DNA of 64,000 nt from Rhizobium sp. Q54 (GTDB lineage Bacteria > Pseudomonadota > Alphaproteobacteria > UBA2966 > CAIVPW01). Below, piece by piece: positions 42,541 through 53,769 of this stretch; position 1 is the stretch's first letter, and each line of letters starts with the position of its first letter. The stretch lies in assembly GCA_945889645.1 (NCBI GenBank), contig CAMDCA010000005.1, positions 7,728 through 71,727 on the forward strand, read 5' to 3'. Position numbers and translations under genes: made by a program. The notes beneath the pieces are model-generated. The model made no database searches and was not told where the DNA came from. It saw only the letters and a program-made list of their open reading frames with translations.

Positions 42541-42603
42541 CCCTCCCCCGTCGCGCCGAAGGCGCGCTCCCCGCGTGACGCGGGGGAGGGTTGGGGTGGG
42601 GGG
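42541..42603. repeat. REP-like extragenic palindrome
   Basis: CCCTCCCC...GGGGAGGG-TTGGGGTGGGGG frame with nested hairpins GCGCC-GAA-GGCGC and CTCCCCGCGT-G-ACGCGGGGAG. Confidence 0.6.
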
Positions 42604-42688
42604 TCGCCCCGCACGGCGGGGGCTGAACACCTCCCGATCTCTATGCCCGGCCATCCACGCGCTGCCGAAATCATGCGAAACTGACCGC

Positions 42689-43009
42689 ATGTCCTCGTCC
42701 ATCCTCGACCGCATCTTCGCCACCATCCTGTCGCGCAAGACCGCGGACCCGGCGAAAAGCCACACCGCCGCGCTGTTCGCCAAAGGCCACGGCGCCGTCG
42801 CGCGCAAGGTCGGCGAAGAAGCCACCGAGACTGTGGTGGCGGCGATGGAAGGCAATCGTGCGGCGACCGTCAGCGAAAGCGCCGACCTGCTGTTTCACCT
42901 GATGGTGCTGTGGGCCGACCACGGCATCACGCCCGCCGACGTGTTCGCCGAGCTGGAACGCCGCGAAGGCACGTCCGGCGTCGCCGAAAAAGCATCCCGT
43001 CCCCGCTAG
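42689..43009 (+). CDS. hisE: Phosphoribosyl-ATP pyrophosphatase
   Basis: SHTAALF, KVGEEATE, ESADLLFHL, EL.RREG.SG. Confidence 0.93.
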   Translation: MSSSILDRIFATILSRKTADPAKSHTAALFAKGHGAVARKVGEEATETVVAAMEGNRAATVSESADLLFHLMVLWADHGITPADVFAELERREGTSGVAEKASRPR

Positions 43010-43021
43010 CCGAGAGTTCGC

Positions 43022-43384
43022 ATGGCCTACGACGACAACAACGTGTTCGCCAAAATCCTGCGCGGCGAAATCCCCAGCAAGAAGGTCTACGAGGACACCC
43101 ACGCCCTCGCCTTCTACGACATCCACCCGGCGCGCCCGGTGCATGTGCTGGTGATCCCCAAGGGCAAGTACGCCGACTTCACCGACTTCACGGCGCGCGC
43201 CTCGGCCGCCGAACAGACCGGTTTCAACAAGGCGGTCGTCGCCGCCGCGAAAGCGGCCGGCGTGATCGAGCCCGGCTACCGCCTAGTCGCCAACACCGGC
43301 GTCAACGGCGGCCAGGAGGTCCCGCACTTCCACGTGCACATCCTCGGCGGCGCCCACGTCGGCCCGATGGTGGCGCGCAGCTAG
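43022..43384 (+). CDS. HIT-family nucleotide-binding protein
   Basis: YDDNNVFAKILRGEIP, GQEVPHFHVHILGG. Confidence 0.93.
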   Translation: MAYDDNNVFAKILRGEIPSKKVYEDTHALAFYDIHPARPVHVLVIPKGKYADFTDFTARASAAEQTGFNKAVVAAAKAAGVIEPGYRLVANTGVNGGQEVPHFHVHILGGAHVGPMVARS

Positions 43385-43390
43385 GCGCCC

Positions 43391-43418
43391 TTGACACGGG
43401 ACGTATCGCGCTTAGATA
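43391..43418 (+). promoter_or_regulatory. Orphan sigma70-like promoter
   Basis: TTGACA-N16-TAGATA with no downstream plus-strand gene. Confidence 0.45.
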
Positions 43419-43544
43419 CCTAACGTGTCAGCAGCGAACCCCGCTCACCAGATTGTCATCTGCGTATTTCCCGCGTATTTAGGCGGGGGGACGCAACACC
43501 TGGCCGGCCATTCACCACAGAGTGTAGCGCGTTGCCGTCGGCGG

Positions 43545-44543
43545 CTAGGCCACCCCAAGGTGTCGCTGCATAAGCTCCGGCAACGGCCGCTCGGGGCGGG
43601 CGCCGAAGTGGCTGATGACTTCGGCCGCGGCGATGGCGCCCATGCGGCCGGCCGTCTCCAGGCTGCGTCCGCGCAGATAGCCGAACAGGAATCCGGCGGC
43701 GTACAGGTCGCCGGCCCCGGTGGTGTCCACCACCGGGGCGATGCGCTCGGCGGCGACCTTCGCCGTCTCCTGGCCCCGTACGATGACGGCGCCGTTCTCC
43801 GAGCGGGTCAAGGCGGCGACCTCGACGTGGGCGCGCACCATCGTCACCGCTTCCTCGAACTGCTTCACCTCGTACAGCGCGGTGATCTCTGCCTCGTTGG
43901 CGAACAGGATATCAACGCGCTGCTCGATCAGCTCGCGGAACTCGGCGCGCCAGCGGCTGACGCAGAACGAATCGGACAGCGAGAACGCGACCTTGGCGCC
44001 GTTGGCGCGCGCGATGTCGGACGCCTTGCGCAACGCCTCCTTGGCGTTGGGCCGGTCCCACAGATAACCTTCCAGGTACAGGACGCGGGTGTTGCTCAAC
44101 AGCTTGGCGTCCACGTCGTTGGGGCCAAGCTCGATCGACGCGCCCAGGTACGTATTCATGGTGCGCTGCGCGTCCGGCGTCACCAGGATGTAGCAACGTC
44201 CCGTGCCGGGTCCGCTCTTGGCCATTGCCGTGGTGAACGCTACGCCACCGGATTTCAGGTCGTGGGCGTATACCGCGCCAAGCTGGTCGTCCTTCACCTT
44301 GCCGATGAAGCCGCACTTGGCGCCGAGCGACGCGAGCCCCGCAATCGTATTCGCCGCCGAACCGCCCGAGACTTCCACCGCCGGACCCATGTCGGCGTAC
44401 AACGCCTCGGCCTGGGCGGTGTCGATCAGCGTCATCGCCCCCTTGGTCAGCTTGTGGCGCTGGATGAAGGCCTCGTCTGCATGGCACAGCACGTCGACGA
44501 TGGCATTGCCGATGGCGACGACCTCGAACTGCTTCTCTGGCAT
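43545..44543 (-). CDS. PfkB-family (adenosine kinase-like) kinase
   Basis: GNAIVDV, GGSAANT, RTMNTYLGA, DTTGAGD. Confidence 0.9.
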   Translation of the reverse strand: MPEKQFEVVAIGNAIVDVLCHADEAFIQRHKLTKGAMTLIDTAQAEALYADMGPAVEVSGGSAANTIAGLASLGAKCGFIGKVKDDQLGAVYAHDLKSGGVAFTTAMAKSGPGTGRCYILVTPDAQRTMNTYLGASIELGPNDVDAKLLSNTRVLYLEGYLWDRPNAKEALRKASDIARANGAKVAFSLSDSFCVSRWRAEFRELIEQRVDILFANEAEITALYEVKQFEEAVTMVRAHVEVAALTRSENGAVIVRGQETAKVAAERIAPVVDTTGAGDLYAAGFLFGYLRGRSLETAGRMGAIAAAEVISHFGARPERPLPELMQRHLGVA

Positions 44544-44632
44544 GGAGCCCCCTGCCGGGCGCGCACGACGGTTCGTGGCGGCAACGGCGGGCGCAGTATA
44601 GAAAGCGTGTTCCGCGACACAAGGATGGCCGC

Positions 44633-45304
44633 ATGACCCTGCTCGCCGCCTTCCGCCTTGCCCTTCAAGACCTGCGCGCGCCCGAGGCGCGGCGCGTGCT
44701 GTGGCGCTCGGTCGGCCTCAGCGTCGCGGTGTTCGGTGTCCTTGCCGTCGGCGTGCAGGCCGGCATCGGGGCCTTGACCGGCGATCAGGCTGGCTGGATT
44801 CGGACCCTGCTCGACATCCTCGGTGGCCTGGCCACGCTGGCGGTCGTGTGGATTGTGTTCCCCAGCGTCGCGACATTCTTCGCCGGCGCGATGCTCGACG
44901 GCCTGGTCGGCGGCGTCGAGCAGCGGCACTACCCGCGCCAGGACGCGACCGGATCGTCGTGGAGCGAAAGTCTCGCCGCCAGTGCGCGCTTCGCCTTGGT
45001 GGCTATCGCGCTCAACCTTGTTCTGTTGCCGATGTACATCGGCCTGCTGTTCGTGCCGCCGCTGGCGCCGGTGGCCTTCTTCTCGGTCAATGGCTATCTT
45101 CTCTGCCGCGAGTACTTCGAGCTCGTGGCCCTGCGCCACCTCGACCCGCGCGCCCTGGCCGCACTCCGCAAGCAACACGGTGGACGATTGTTTCTCGCTG
45201 GTGTGATCCTCGCGCTTCTGTTCGCCGTGCCGGTCGTCAACCTGTTCGCACCGGTGCTCGGCGCTGCCGCGATGGTGCACGTCTTTCACGGGCTCAAGCG
45301 ATGA
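44633..45304 (+). CDS. EI24/CysZ-like membrane protein
   Basis: Multiple TM segments, VE.RHYP, NGYLL.REYFE, VPVVNL.AP. Confidence 0.8.
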   Translation: MTLLAAFRLALQDLRAPEARRVLWRSVGLSVAVFGVLAVGVQAGIGALTGDQAGWIRTLLDILGGLATLAVVWIVFPSVATFFAGAMLDGLVGGVEQRHYPRQDATGSSWSESLAASARFALVAIALNLVLLPMYIGLLFVPPLAPVAFFSVNGYLLCREYFELVALRHLDPRALAALRKQHGGRLFLAGVILALLFAVPVVNLFAPVLGAAAMVHVFHGLKR

Positions 45305-45804
45305 TCGCGCGCGCGGGCGCACTGGGCGCACTGGGCGCGCTGCTGCTGCTGGGCGCGTGCGTCGTCGAGCCGTTGCCGGCGCCGGCGCCGCCGGTCGCCA
45401 CGCTGCGGCCCGCCGCCCCGGTGCAGACCGCGCCGCAGGCTCCGGTCATCCCGGCGCCCGAACCCGCACCGGCTCCGCAGCAGGTCGCGGTCGCGCTTCC
45501 GCCGCCACCACCGGCCGTCGCTGTGCCCAAGCCGCCGCAGACTCTCAATCCACCGGACCTCATCGGCCGCGCCCGCACCGACGTCGTCGCGTTGCTCGGT
45601 GCGCCCGACACGGCGCGCACCGAGGCGCGCGCCGAAGTCCTGCTCTACCAGGGCACCAGCTGCACGTTGTTTGTGTTTGTCTATGAACCCGTCGGCGGTG
45701 GCGCCGCGCGTGCCGAGCACGTCGAGGTCGGACCGCGCACGCGCGATGTCAGCCGCGACCCCGCTTGCCTGACCGGACTTTTGCAGCGCGTCGCTGCGAA
45801 CTAG
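45301..45804 (+). CDS. Pro-rich lipoprotein
   Basis: Lipobox LGAC, Pro-rich linker, LIG...LLGAP...R.E..LYQ..C.L domain (SmpA/OmlA-like pattern). Confidence 0.7.
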   Translation: MIARAGALGALGALLLLGACVVEPLPAPAPPVATLRPAAPVQTAPQAPVIPAPEPAPAPQQVAVALPPPPPAVAVPKPPQTLNPPDLIGRARTDVVALLGAPDTARTEARAEVLLYQGTSCTLFVFVYEPVGGGAARAEHVEVGPRTRDVSRDPACLTGLLQRVAAN

Positions 45805-46504
45805 GCGTCTGCTTGTCGCGCTGGCGGGACTTCACCGCCGGTTTGGCGCGCGGAGTCACGCTGGCCGGTGTCGGCGGGGTCTTGTCCTTGAACGCACAGA
45901 GCTCCGCCACGGGGCAGATCGGACACTTCGGCAGGCGCGCGACGCAGGTGTAGCGGCCGTGCAGAATGAGCCAGTGGTGCGCGCCCATCTTCCACTTGTC
46001 GGGCACGACCTCGTCCAGCGCCGCCTCGACCGCCATGACGTCCTTGCCGGGCGCCAGGCCGGTGCGGTTGGAGACGCGGAACACGTGCGTGTCCACCGCG
46101 ATGGTCGGGTGGCCGAACAGCGTGTTCAGCACGACGTTGGCGGTCTTGCGTCCGGCGCCGGGCAGCTCCTGCAGCGCATCGCGATCCGCCGGCACCTCGC
46201 CGCCGTGGCGATCGACCAGCATCTGGCTCAGCGCCGCCAGGTTCTTGGCCTTGGTGCGGTACAAGCCGATGGTCTTGATGTACGGCAGGATTCCGGCGGG
46301 GCCGAGGTCCGCCATCTTGGCCGGCGTGTTGGCCGCCTTGAACAGGGCCGGCGTCGCCTTGTTGACCGAGGTGTCGGTGGCCTGGGCCGACAGCATCACG
46401 GCCGCCAACAGGGTGAACGGGCTGCTGTACCGTAGCTCCGTCTTGGGGTCGGGGTTGCGCGCCGCCAGGCGGGCGAAAAACTCATCGATTTGGGCAACGT
46501 TCAT
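45749..46504 (-). CDS. nth: Endonuclease III
   Basis: LSAQATD, LPGAGRKTANV, VDTHVFRV, C-x6-C-x2-C-x5-C cluster motif. Confidence 0.95.
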   Translation of the reverse strand: MNVAQIDEFFARLAARNPDPKTELRYSSPFTLLAAVMLSAQATDTSVNKATPALFKAANTPAKMADLGPAGILPYIKTIGLYRTKAKNLAALSQMLVDRHGGEVPADRDALQELPGAGRKTANVVLNTLFGHPTIAVDTHVFRVSNRTGLAPGKDVMAVEAALDEVVPDKWKMGAHHWLILHGRYTCVARLPKCPICPVAELCAFKDKTPPTPASVTPRAKPAVKSRQRDKQTPSSQRRAAKVRSGKRGRG

Positions 46505-46577
46505 GCCCGGGTTTGTACTCCCTTTGTGATGCCGGAGCCCATTGCCGCCGCGCGTGGCGCGCGGCTAGCATTTGCCC

Positions 46578-47069
46578 ATGGCGAAGCCCACCCTCAGCGA
46601 CGAGCTTCTGTTCGATGCGGTTCTGCGGCCGCATCGCTCGCTCAGCAAGCCCGGATTCCTGATCCTGATGGGCTTCATCGCCGTGGTCAGCTTCGCCTCC
46701 GGCATGCTGTTCCTGCTGCAAGGCGCCTGGCCGGTGATGGGCTTCTTTGGCCTCGAGGTCGGGCTGGTCTACGTCGCCTTCAAGATGAACTACCGTGCCA
46801 GCAAGCTGTTCGAGACGGTGCAGCTCGACACTTCGCAACTGCTGGTGCGCCGCATCGACCCCAAGGGCCGCGCCGCCTCGTGGAGCTTCCAGCCGAACTG
46901 GCTGCGGGTGGCGATGGACGACCCGCCCGAGCACGAAAGCCAGTTGACCCTGACGACCCACGGCCGCTCGCTGACCATCGGCGCGTTCCTCACACCAGAG
47001 GAGCGCCTGCAGATCGCGCAGGAGTTGCGCGCCGCTCTGGCGCACTGGCGCCAGCAGCCCGTTACCTAG
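46578..47069 (+). CDS. DUF2244-family membrane protein
   Basis: LRPHRSLS..GF, GAWPVMGFFGLE, IGAFL...ER. Confidence 0.88.
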   Translation: MAKPTLSDELLFDAVLRPHRSLSKPGFLILMGFIAVVSFASGMLFLLQGAWPVMGFFGLEVGLVYVAFKMNYRASKLFETVQLDTSQLLVRRIDPKGRAASWSFQPNWLRVAMDDPPEHESQLTLTTHGRSLTIGAFLTPEERLQIAQELRAALAHWRQQPVT

Positions 47070-47131
47070 GCCCGTTACCTAGGAATGATTGCGCCGACGC
47101 TATCGCCGGCGGTGCCTAGCGCGCCGAGGAC

Positions 47132-47944
47132 CTAATCCTTGAGGCCGAGCACGTCGGCCATGCCGTACATGCCGGGCGCCTTGCCCTTGACCCAGCGCGC
47201 GGCGGCGATGGCGCCTTCGGCGAAGATGTCGCGCGAGGTGGCGCGGTGGGTCAACTCGATGCGTTCGCGGTCGGACGTGAAGATGACGCTGTGGTCGCCG
47301 ACCACCATGCCGCCGCGCAGCACCGCGTAGCCAATGTCGCCGCGCTTGCGGGCGCCCTCGCGCGAATTCATGACCGCGACGCGATCGTGCGTCTGGCCGC
47401 GGCCCTCGGCGATGGCGTTGCCGAGCGCCTTGGCGGTGCCGGACGGCGCGTCGATCTTGCGGCGGTGGTGCATCTCCAGCACTTCGGCATCGAACGACAG
47501 GTCGAGTGCGGCCGCGGCCTTGCGGGTCAGCGCCAACAACAGGTTCACGCCGACGCTCATGTTGGCGGAGCGCACGATGGCGGTGCGCTTGGCGGCGGTC
47601 AGCACGGCGCGATCTTCTTCGGCGCTGGCGCCCGTCGTGCCGACGACATAGGCGATGCGGGAGTCGGCTGCGAGCTTGGCGTGCTGCACCAGCGCCGCCG
47701 GCGTGGTGAAATCCAGCACGACCTCGCTGGCCGCAAACAGCGCCGCGGCATCGGCGACAATCGCCACGCCAAGCGCGCCGACACCGGACGGCTCACCGAC
47801 ATCGCGCCCGACCCATTCGCTCCCGGATCGCTCGGTGCCGCCGGCAACCTGGGTGCCTGGCGTCGCGGCAATAGCCCGCACCAGCGCCTGGCCCATGCGG
47901 CCGGCGCAGCCCAGCACACCAATCTTGAGGGGGGTTGCGGTCAT
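47132..47944 (-). CDS. dapB: 4-hydroxy-tetrahydrodipicolinate reductase
   Basis: [30 protein letters not shown]. Confidence 0.96.
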   Translation of the reverse strand: MTATPLKIGVLGCAGRMGQALVRAIAATPGTQVAGGTERSGSEWVGRDVGEPSGVGALGVAIVADAAALFAASEVVLDFTTPAALVQHAKLAADSRIAYVVGTTGASAEEDRAVLTAAKRTAIVRSANMSVGVNLLLALTRKAAAALDLSFDAEVLEMHHRRKIDAPSGTAKALGNAIAEGRGQTHDRVAVMNSREGARKRGDIGYAVLRGGMVVGDHSVIFTSDRERIELTHRATSRDIFAEGAIAAARWVKGKAPGMYGMADVLGLKD

Positions 47945-49077
47945 CCCTTCAGGTCGTCCCAGAATTCCTTGAGCTTGTCCAGGAAGCCCTGGGACTCCGG
48001 ACTGGTGGTGCGCGCCTCGCCCGCCTCGGCGAACTGGCGCAGCAGCTCTTCCTGCTTCTTGTTGAGGTTCATCGGCGTCTCGACCATGGCGTGGACCATC
48101 AGGTCGCCGGCGCCGTCATTCTGCCGCATCGACGGCATGCCCTTGCCCTTCAGGCGGAACTGCTTGCCTGACTGCGTGCCGGCCGTCACCGCGACCTTGG
48201 CACGGCCGCCATCGAGAGCCGGTACTTCGATGCTGCCGCCGAGCGCTGCGGTGGTCATCGGAATGGGCGCGCGCACGTGGAGGTTCTTGCCGTCGCGCTG
48301 GAACAGGCGATGCGCCGACACCGTCAGGAAGATGTACAGGTCGCCGGGTGGTCCGCCGCGGATGCCGGTCTCGCCCTCGCCGGCGAGGCGGATGCGCGTG
48401 CCGTCCTCGACACCCGACGGAATCTGCACGGAGAGATTCTTCTCTTTGCGCACGCGTCCGGTGCCGCCGCACGCGCGGCACGGGCTCTTGATGACCTGCC
48501 CGGCGCCGTTGCAGCCGGGGCAGGTGCGCTCGATGGTGAAGAAACCCTGTTGCGCGCGCACGCGGCCGACGCCGTTGCAGGTGGGGCACGCCGATGGGCG
48601 CGAGTCGCCTTCGGCGCCGGTGCCGCTGCACTTCTCGCACGACGCCGCGGTGGGCACGCGAATCTGGGTGGCGCGGCCGTGGAATGCGTCCTCGAGGGTG
48701 ATTTCCAGATTGAAGCGCATGTCGGCGCCGCGCGTGCGGGCATTGCCAGCGCGCTGGCGGCCGCGAAACTCGCCGAACAAATCGTCGAACACATCGGCGA
48801 ACGAGGTGCCGAAGCCCGCCGCGAATCCGGCGAACGGCCCACCCTGGCCGCCGCTGTTGATGCCGGCGTGACCGAAGCGGTCATAGGCGGCGCGCTTCTC
48901 CTCGTCGGAGAGGACGTCGTACGCCTCGTTGACCTCTTTGAATTTCTGCTCCGCATCCTTGTCCGGGTTGCGGTCCGGATGCAGCTCCTTCGCCAGGCGG
49001 CGATAGGCCTTTTTGAGGTCGTCGCTCGACGCACCGCGCTCGACGCCCAAGAGTTCGTAGAAGTCTTTCGCGGCCAT
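47941..49077 (-). CDS. dnaJ: Chaperone DnaJ
   Basis: HPD J-domain, G/F region, four CxxCxGxG repeats. Confidence 0.97.
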   Translation of the reverse strand: MAAKDFYELLGVERGASSDDLKKAYRRLAKELHPDRNPDKDAEQKFKEVNEAYDVLSDEEKRAAYDRFGHAGINSGGQGGPFAGFAAGFGTSFADVFDDLFGEFRGRQRAGNARTRGADMRFNLEITLEDAFHGRATQIRVPTAASCEKCSGTGAEGDSRPSACPTCNGVGRVRAQQGFFTIERTCPGCNGAGQVIKSPCRACGGTGRVRKEKNLSVQIPSGVEDGTRIRLAGEGETGIRGGPPGDLYIFLTVSAHRLFQRDGKNLHVRAPIPMTTAALGGSIEVPALDGGRAKVAVTAGTQSGKQFRLKGKGMPSMRQNDGAGDLMVHAMVETPMNLNKKQEELLRQFAEAGEARTTSPESQGFLDKLKEFWDDLKG

Positions 49078-49200
49078 GTCGGTCAAATCATTACCACAGG
49101 GCGGGGTGGCGTTCTCCACCCGGCCGGAACGTAGCTCCGCCCTGGCCGGCGGTCAGCCGGAACCAGGGCGGAGTGGCCAGGGTGGAGTGGACAGTCGCGT

Positions 49201-51141
<1,941 letters not shown>

Positions 51142-51217
51142 TGCGTCCTCTTCTAGGTGGCAGGCCCGCGCGACCCGAATGGCGCCGTGGGGACCCCCGA
51201 TGTGTGCTTAGGGCGAT

Positions 51218-51245
51218 ATATAGGAAGGGTGGTGCCGCGCCGCAA
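51218..51245 (-). promoter_or_regulatory. RpoH-type promoter of dnaKJ
   Basis: TTG-N18-CCTATAT. Confidence 0.7.
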
Positions 51246-51526
51246 CGGCCGTTGCACCGGGGAAAGACCCCAAAGGGGCGTCCGCGAGGCCGGTCCCAGG
51301 CTGTTGCGGCCCCCTCCGGCCGGGCCTCCTCAGTGCCGAATCTTGCGCAGTTTTCTGCCCGTCTCGGGGTCACGAGAGGCACACGAAAGTTTTACACCCG
51401 TACTTGCTGGAACCATGGTCCCGTCTGCGCGGCTTGCGGCGCCGTTGCCTCCAGGGGCGCCGCAAACCGCAATACGAGGCGCGCCGGGATGGAAATCAGC
51501 GCGCCCTAGCCGAAAGGGACTCGAAC

Positions 51527-51913
51527 ATGAAGAAGCTCACTATGGCGTTGGCAGGGGCGATTTTCGCACTGAGCGCGGGCGTCGCATCGGCCGCGCCGAT
51601 GGTTCAGTACGTGATGACCGCAGCCGGCAACGTGATGGCCGACACCAAGGGCATGGTTCTCTACACCTACGACCGTGACATGCCGGCCGTGTCCACCTGC
51701 ACCGGCGGCTGCTTGACCAACTGGCCGCTCTTCAAGGCGGCAGCGACCGACACCGCCGGCGGCGATTGGACGATCGTCACCCGCGCCGACAACGAGAAGG
51801 TGTGGGCCTACAAGGGCAAGCCCCTGTACTACTACGTGATGGACACCGCGCCGCGCGAGTCGAAGGGCGACCAGCCCACCGGCGTGTGGCACGCGATCCG
51901 TCAGGGTCAGTAG
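51527..51913 (+). CDS. Secreted COG4315 (Lipoprotein_15 repeat) protein
   Basis: Signal peptide, GMVLYTYDRD, CTGGCLTNWP, WAYKGKPLYYY..D...GD...W. Confidence 0.85.
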   Translation: MKKLTMALAGAIFALSAGVASAAPMVQYVMTAAGNVMADTKGMVLYTYDRDMPAVSTCTGGCLTNWPLFKAAATDTAGGDWTIVTRADNEKVWAYKGKPLYYYVMDTAPRESKGDQPTGVWHAIRQGQ

Positions 51914-51939
51914 ACCCCGACACCGCTGCGATACAGCAC

Positions 51940-51974
51940 CGGCCGGGCCCGCAAGGGTCCGGCCGTTTGCTTTT
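51940..51974 (+). terminator. Intrinsic terminator
   Basis: CGGCCGGGCCC-GCAA-GGGTCCGGCCG followed by TTTGCTTTT. Confidence 0.75.
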
Positions 51975-51977
51975 GTA

Positions 51978-52541
51978 TTAGTCGGGGGCCGGCGGCGGCG
52001 GGTTCGCCGGCGCCGCGCCGGCCTTGGCGATGCCGACCATGGCCGGACGCAGCAGGCGGCCGGCGATGACGAAGCCGGGCTGAATGACCTGCACCACAGT
52101 GCCGGCGTCCTTGCCGGTGTCCGGCACCTCGAACATCGCCTGGTGCAGGTTGGCGTCGAACTTCTGTCCCAGCGGCTCAACGATCTTCACGTTGAACTTC
52201 TCCAGCGTGCTGAGCAGCGAACGCTCGGTAAGCTCCACGCCTGCGACCAGCGCCTTGAGCTGCGCCGCGTCCGACTCGGCCGGTGCCTTGGCGCTATCCA
52301 GCGTGCGGCGCAGGTTGTCGGCGACCGCGACCACGTCGCGGGCGAAGTTGGTCACGGCGAATTTGGACGCTTCGTCGCGCTCGCGCTCGGCGCGGCGGCG
52401 CATGTTCTCCGCCTCGGCCAGTGCGCGCAGCAGCTTGTCCTTGAGCTCGGCAACCTGTTGCTCGGCGCTCGGGCCCGCTGGTTGCGCCGTCTCAGGCGCG
52501 GCGTCGCTTTCGTCGGGCGCCTGTGGTTCGCGCTCGTTCAT
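51978..52541 (-). CDS. grpE: Nucleotide exchange factor GrpE
   Basis: LRALAEAENMRRR, FDANLHQAM, RLLRPAMV. Confidence 0.95.
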   Translation of the reverse strand: MNEREPQAPDESDAAPETAQPAGPSAEQQVAELKDKLLRALAEAENMRRRAERERDEASKFAVTNFARDVVAVADNLRRTLDSAKAPAESDAAQLKALVAGVELTERSLLSTLEKFNVKIVEPLGQKFDANLHQAMFEVPDTGKDAGTVVQVIQPGFVIAGRLLRPAMVGIAKAGAAPANPPPPAPD

Positions 52542-52564
52542 AGACCTCGTTCCTTCTCGCTAGT

Positions 52565-53602
52565 TTAGCCGATGAGGCGGCCGACGACCTTTGCCGTGTA
52601 GTCCACCATCGGGATGATGCGGGCGTAGTTCAATCGTGCCGGGCCGATTACCCCGATCGCGCCGACGATGTGGTCGGGCGAGTCGCCGTACGGCGCGACG
52701 ACCAGCGAGCATCCCGCCATGTCGAACAGCTTGTTCTCGGCGCCAATGTAGATGCGCACACCTTCGGCGCCATCGGCCAGTTCCAGCAGGCGCAGCACGT
52801 CCTCTTCCGAATCGAGCGTTTCGAACAGGCGCCGGACGCGCTCTAGATCGGCGATGGCGGTCACGTCATCGAGCAGGTGCCCCTGGCCGCGCACGATCAG
52901 CGCCCGTGGGCCGGTGCCGCCGCCCCAGGTCGCAAGCCCCGCCTCGACCACGCGCGCGGTGAGGTCGTCGAGCTCGGCGCGGCGCTCGTCGATCTCCTTG
53001 CGGATCTGGTCGCGGGCCTCGCCGAACGTGCGGCCGCTCAGGCGCGACTCGAGATAGTTGGACGCCTCGACCAGCGTCGATGGCCGCATGTCGCGCGGAA
53101 TCTCGGCGATGCGGTTTTCCACCAGGCCGCCCTCGGTGACGAGGACGATCAGGGCACGACCGGGCGCCAGGCTAACGAACTCAATATGCTTGATGCGCGA
53201 GTCGCGCTTGTTCGGCGCCACCACGACGCCGGCGCAGCGCGACAGGCCCGACAGCATCTCCGATGCGTCGCGCAAGACGTCGCCCATGCTGCGGCCATCG
53301 GCGTTGCAGCGCGCCTCGATGGCAGCGCGCTCGTCGCTGCTGAGGGAGCCAAGCTCAAGCAACCCATCGACGAAAAAGCGCAACCCGGCTTCGGTCGGCA
53401 GGCGGCCGGCCGAGGTATGCGGGGCGTACAGAAGTCCTGCGCCTTCCAGCTCCGCCATGACGCTGCGGATCGAGGCAGGCGACAGGCGGATGTTCAATCG
53501 GCGCGCCAACGTATGGGAGCCGATCGGCTCGCCGGTCTCGACGTAGGCGTCGACGATGCGCCGGAAAATCTCGCGGCTGCGCTCGCTTAGCTCATGAATC
53601 AT
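52565..53602 (-). CDS. hrcA: Heat-inducible repressor HrcA
   Basis: GEPIGS, SPASIR, PHTSAGRLPT, IGVIGP.RLNY. Confidence 0.95.
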   Translation of the reverse strand: MIHELSERSREIFRRIVDAYVETGEPIGSHTLARRLNIRLSPASIRSVMAELEGAGLLYAPHTSAGRLPTEAGLRFFVDGLLELGSLSSDERAAIEARCNADGRSMGDVLRDASEMLSGLSRCAGVVVAPNKRDSRIKHIEFVSLAPGRALIVLVTEGGLVENRIAEIPRDMRPSTLVEASNYLESRLSGRTFGEARDQIRKEIDERRAELDDLTARVVEAGLATWGGGTGPRALIVRGQGHLLDDVTAIADLERVRRLFETLDSEEDVLRLLELADGAEGVRIYIGAENKLFDMAGCSLVVAPYGDSPDHIVGAIGVIGPARLNYARIIPMVDYTAKVVGRLIG

Positions 53603-53611
53603 GAGGCAAAA

Positions 53612-53640
53612 ATGTAGGTAGGCCGCCGCCCCACGTCAAC
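53612..53640 (-). promoter_or_regulatory. RpoH-type promoter of hrcA-grpE
   Basis: GTTG-N18-CCTACAT ending 9 bp before the ATG. Confidence 0.65.
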
Positions 53641-53769
53641 GCGACCGCGGCCGTCGAGGCCGTGTAAGGGCTTTGTGGCTGGACGGTTCGGCGCCTCGGC
53701 GTGCTAAGACAGCCCGCGTTCCTGCCGTTTGTTCGCCTTCCCGCGCTGCCGAAAATAAAAGGAGTCCTG

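Noticed and set aside
45316..45342. 9 bp tandem repeat (GAL x3) in a lipoprotein signal peptide
   Set aside because: In-frame low-complexity sequence with no likely phase-variation effect.
45749..45804. 56 bp tail-to-tail overlap of nth and the lipoprotein gene
   Set aside because: Common result of stop-codon drift in GC-rich genomes.
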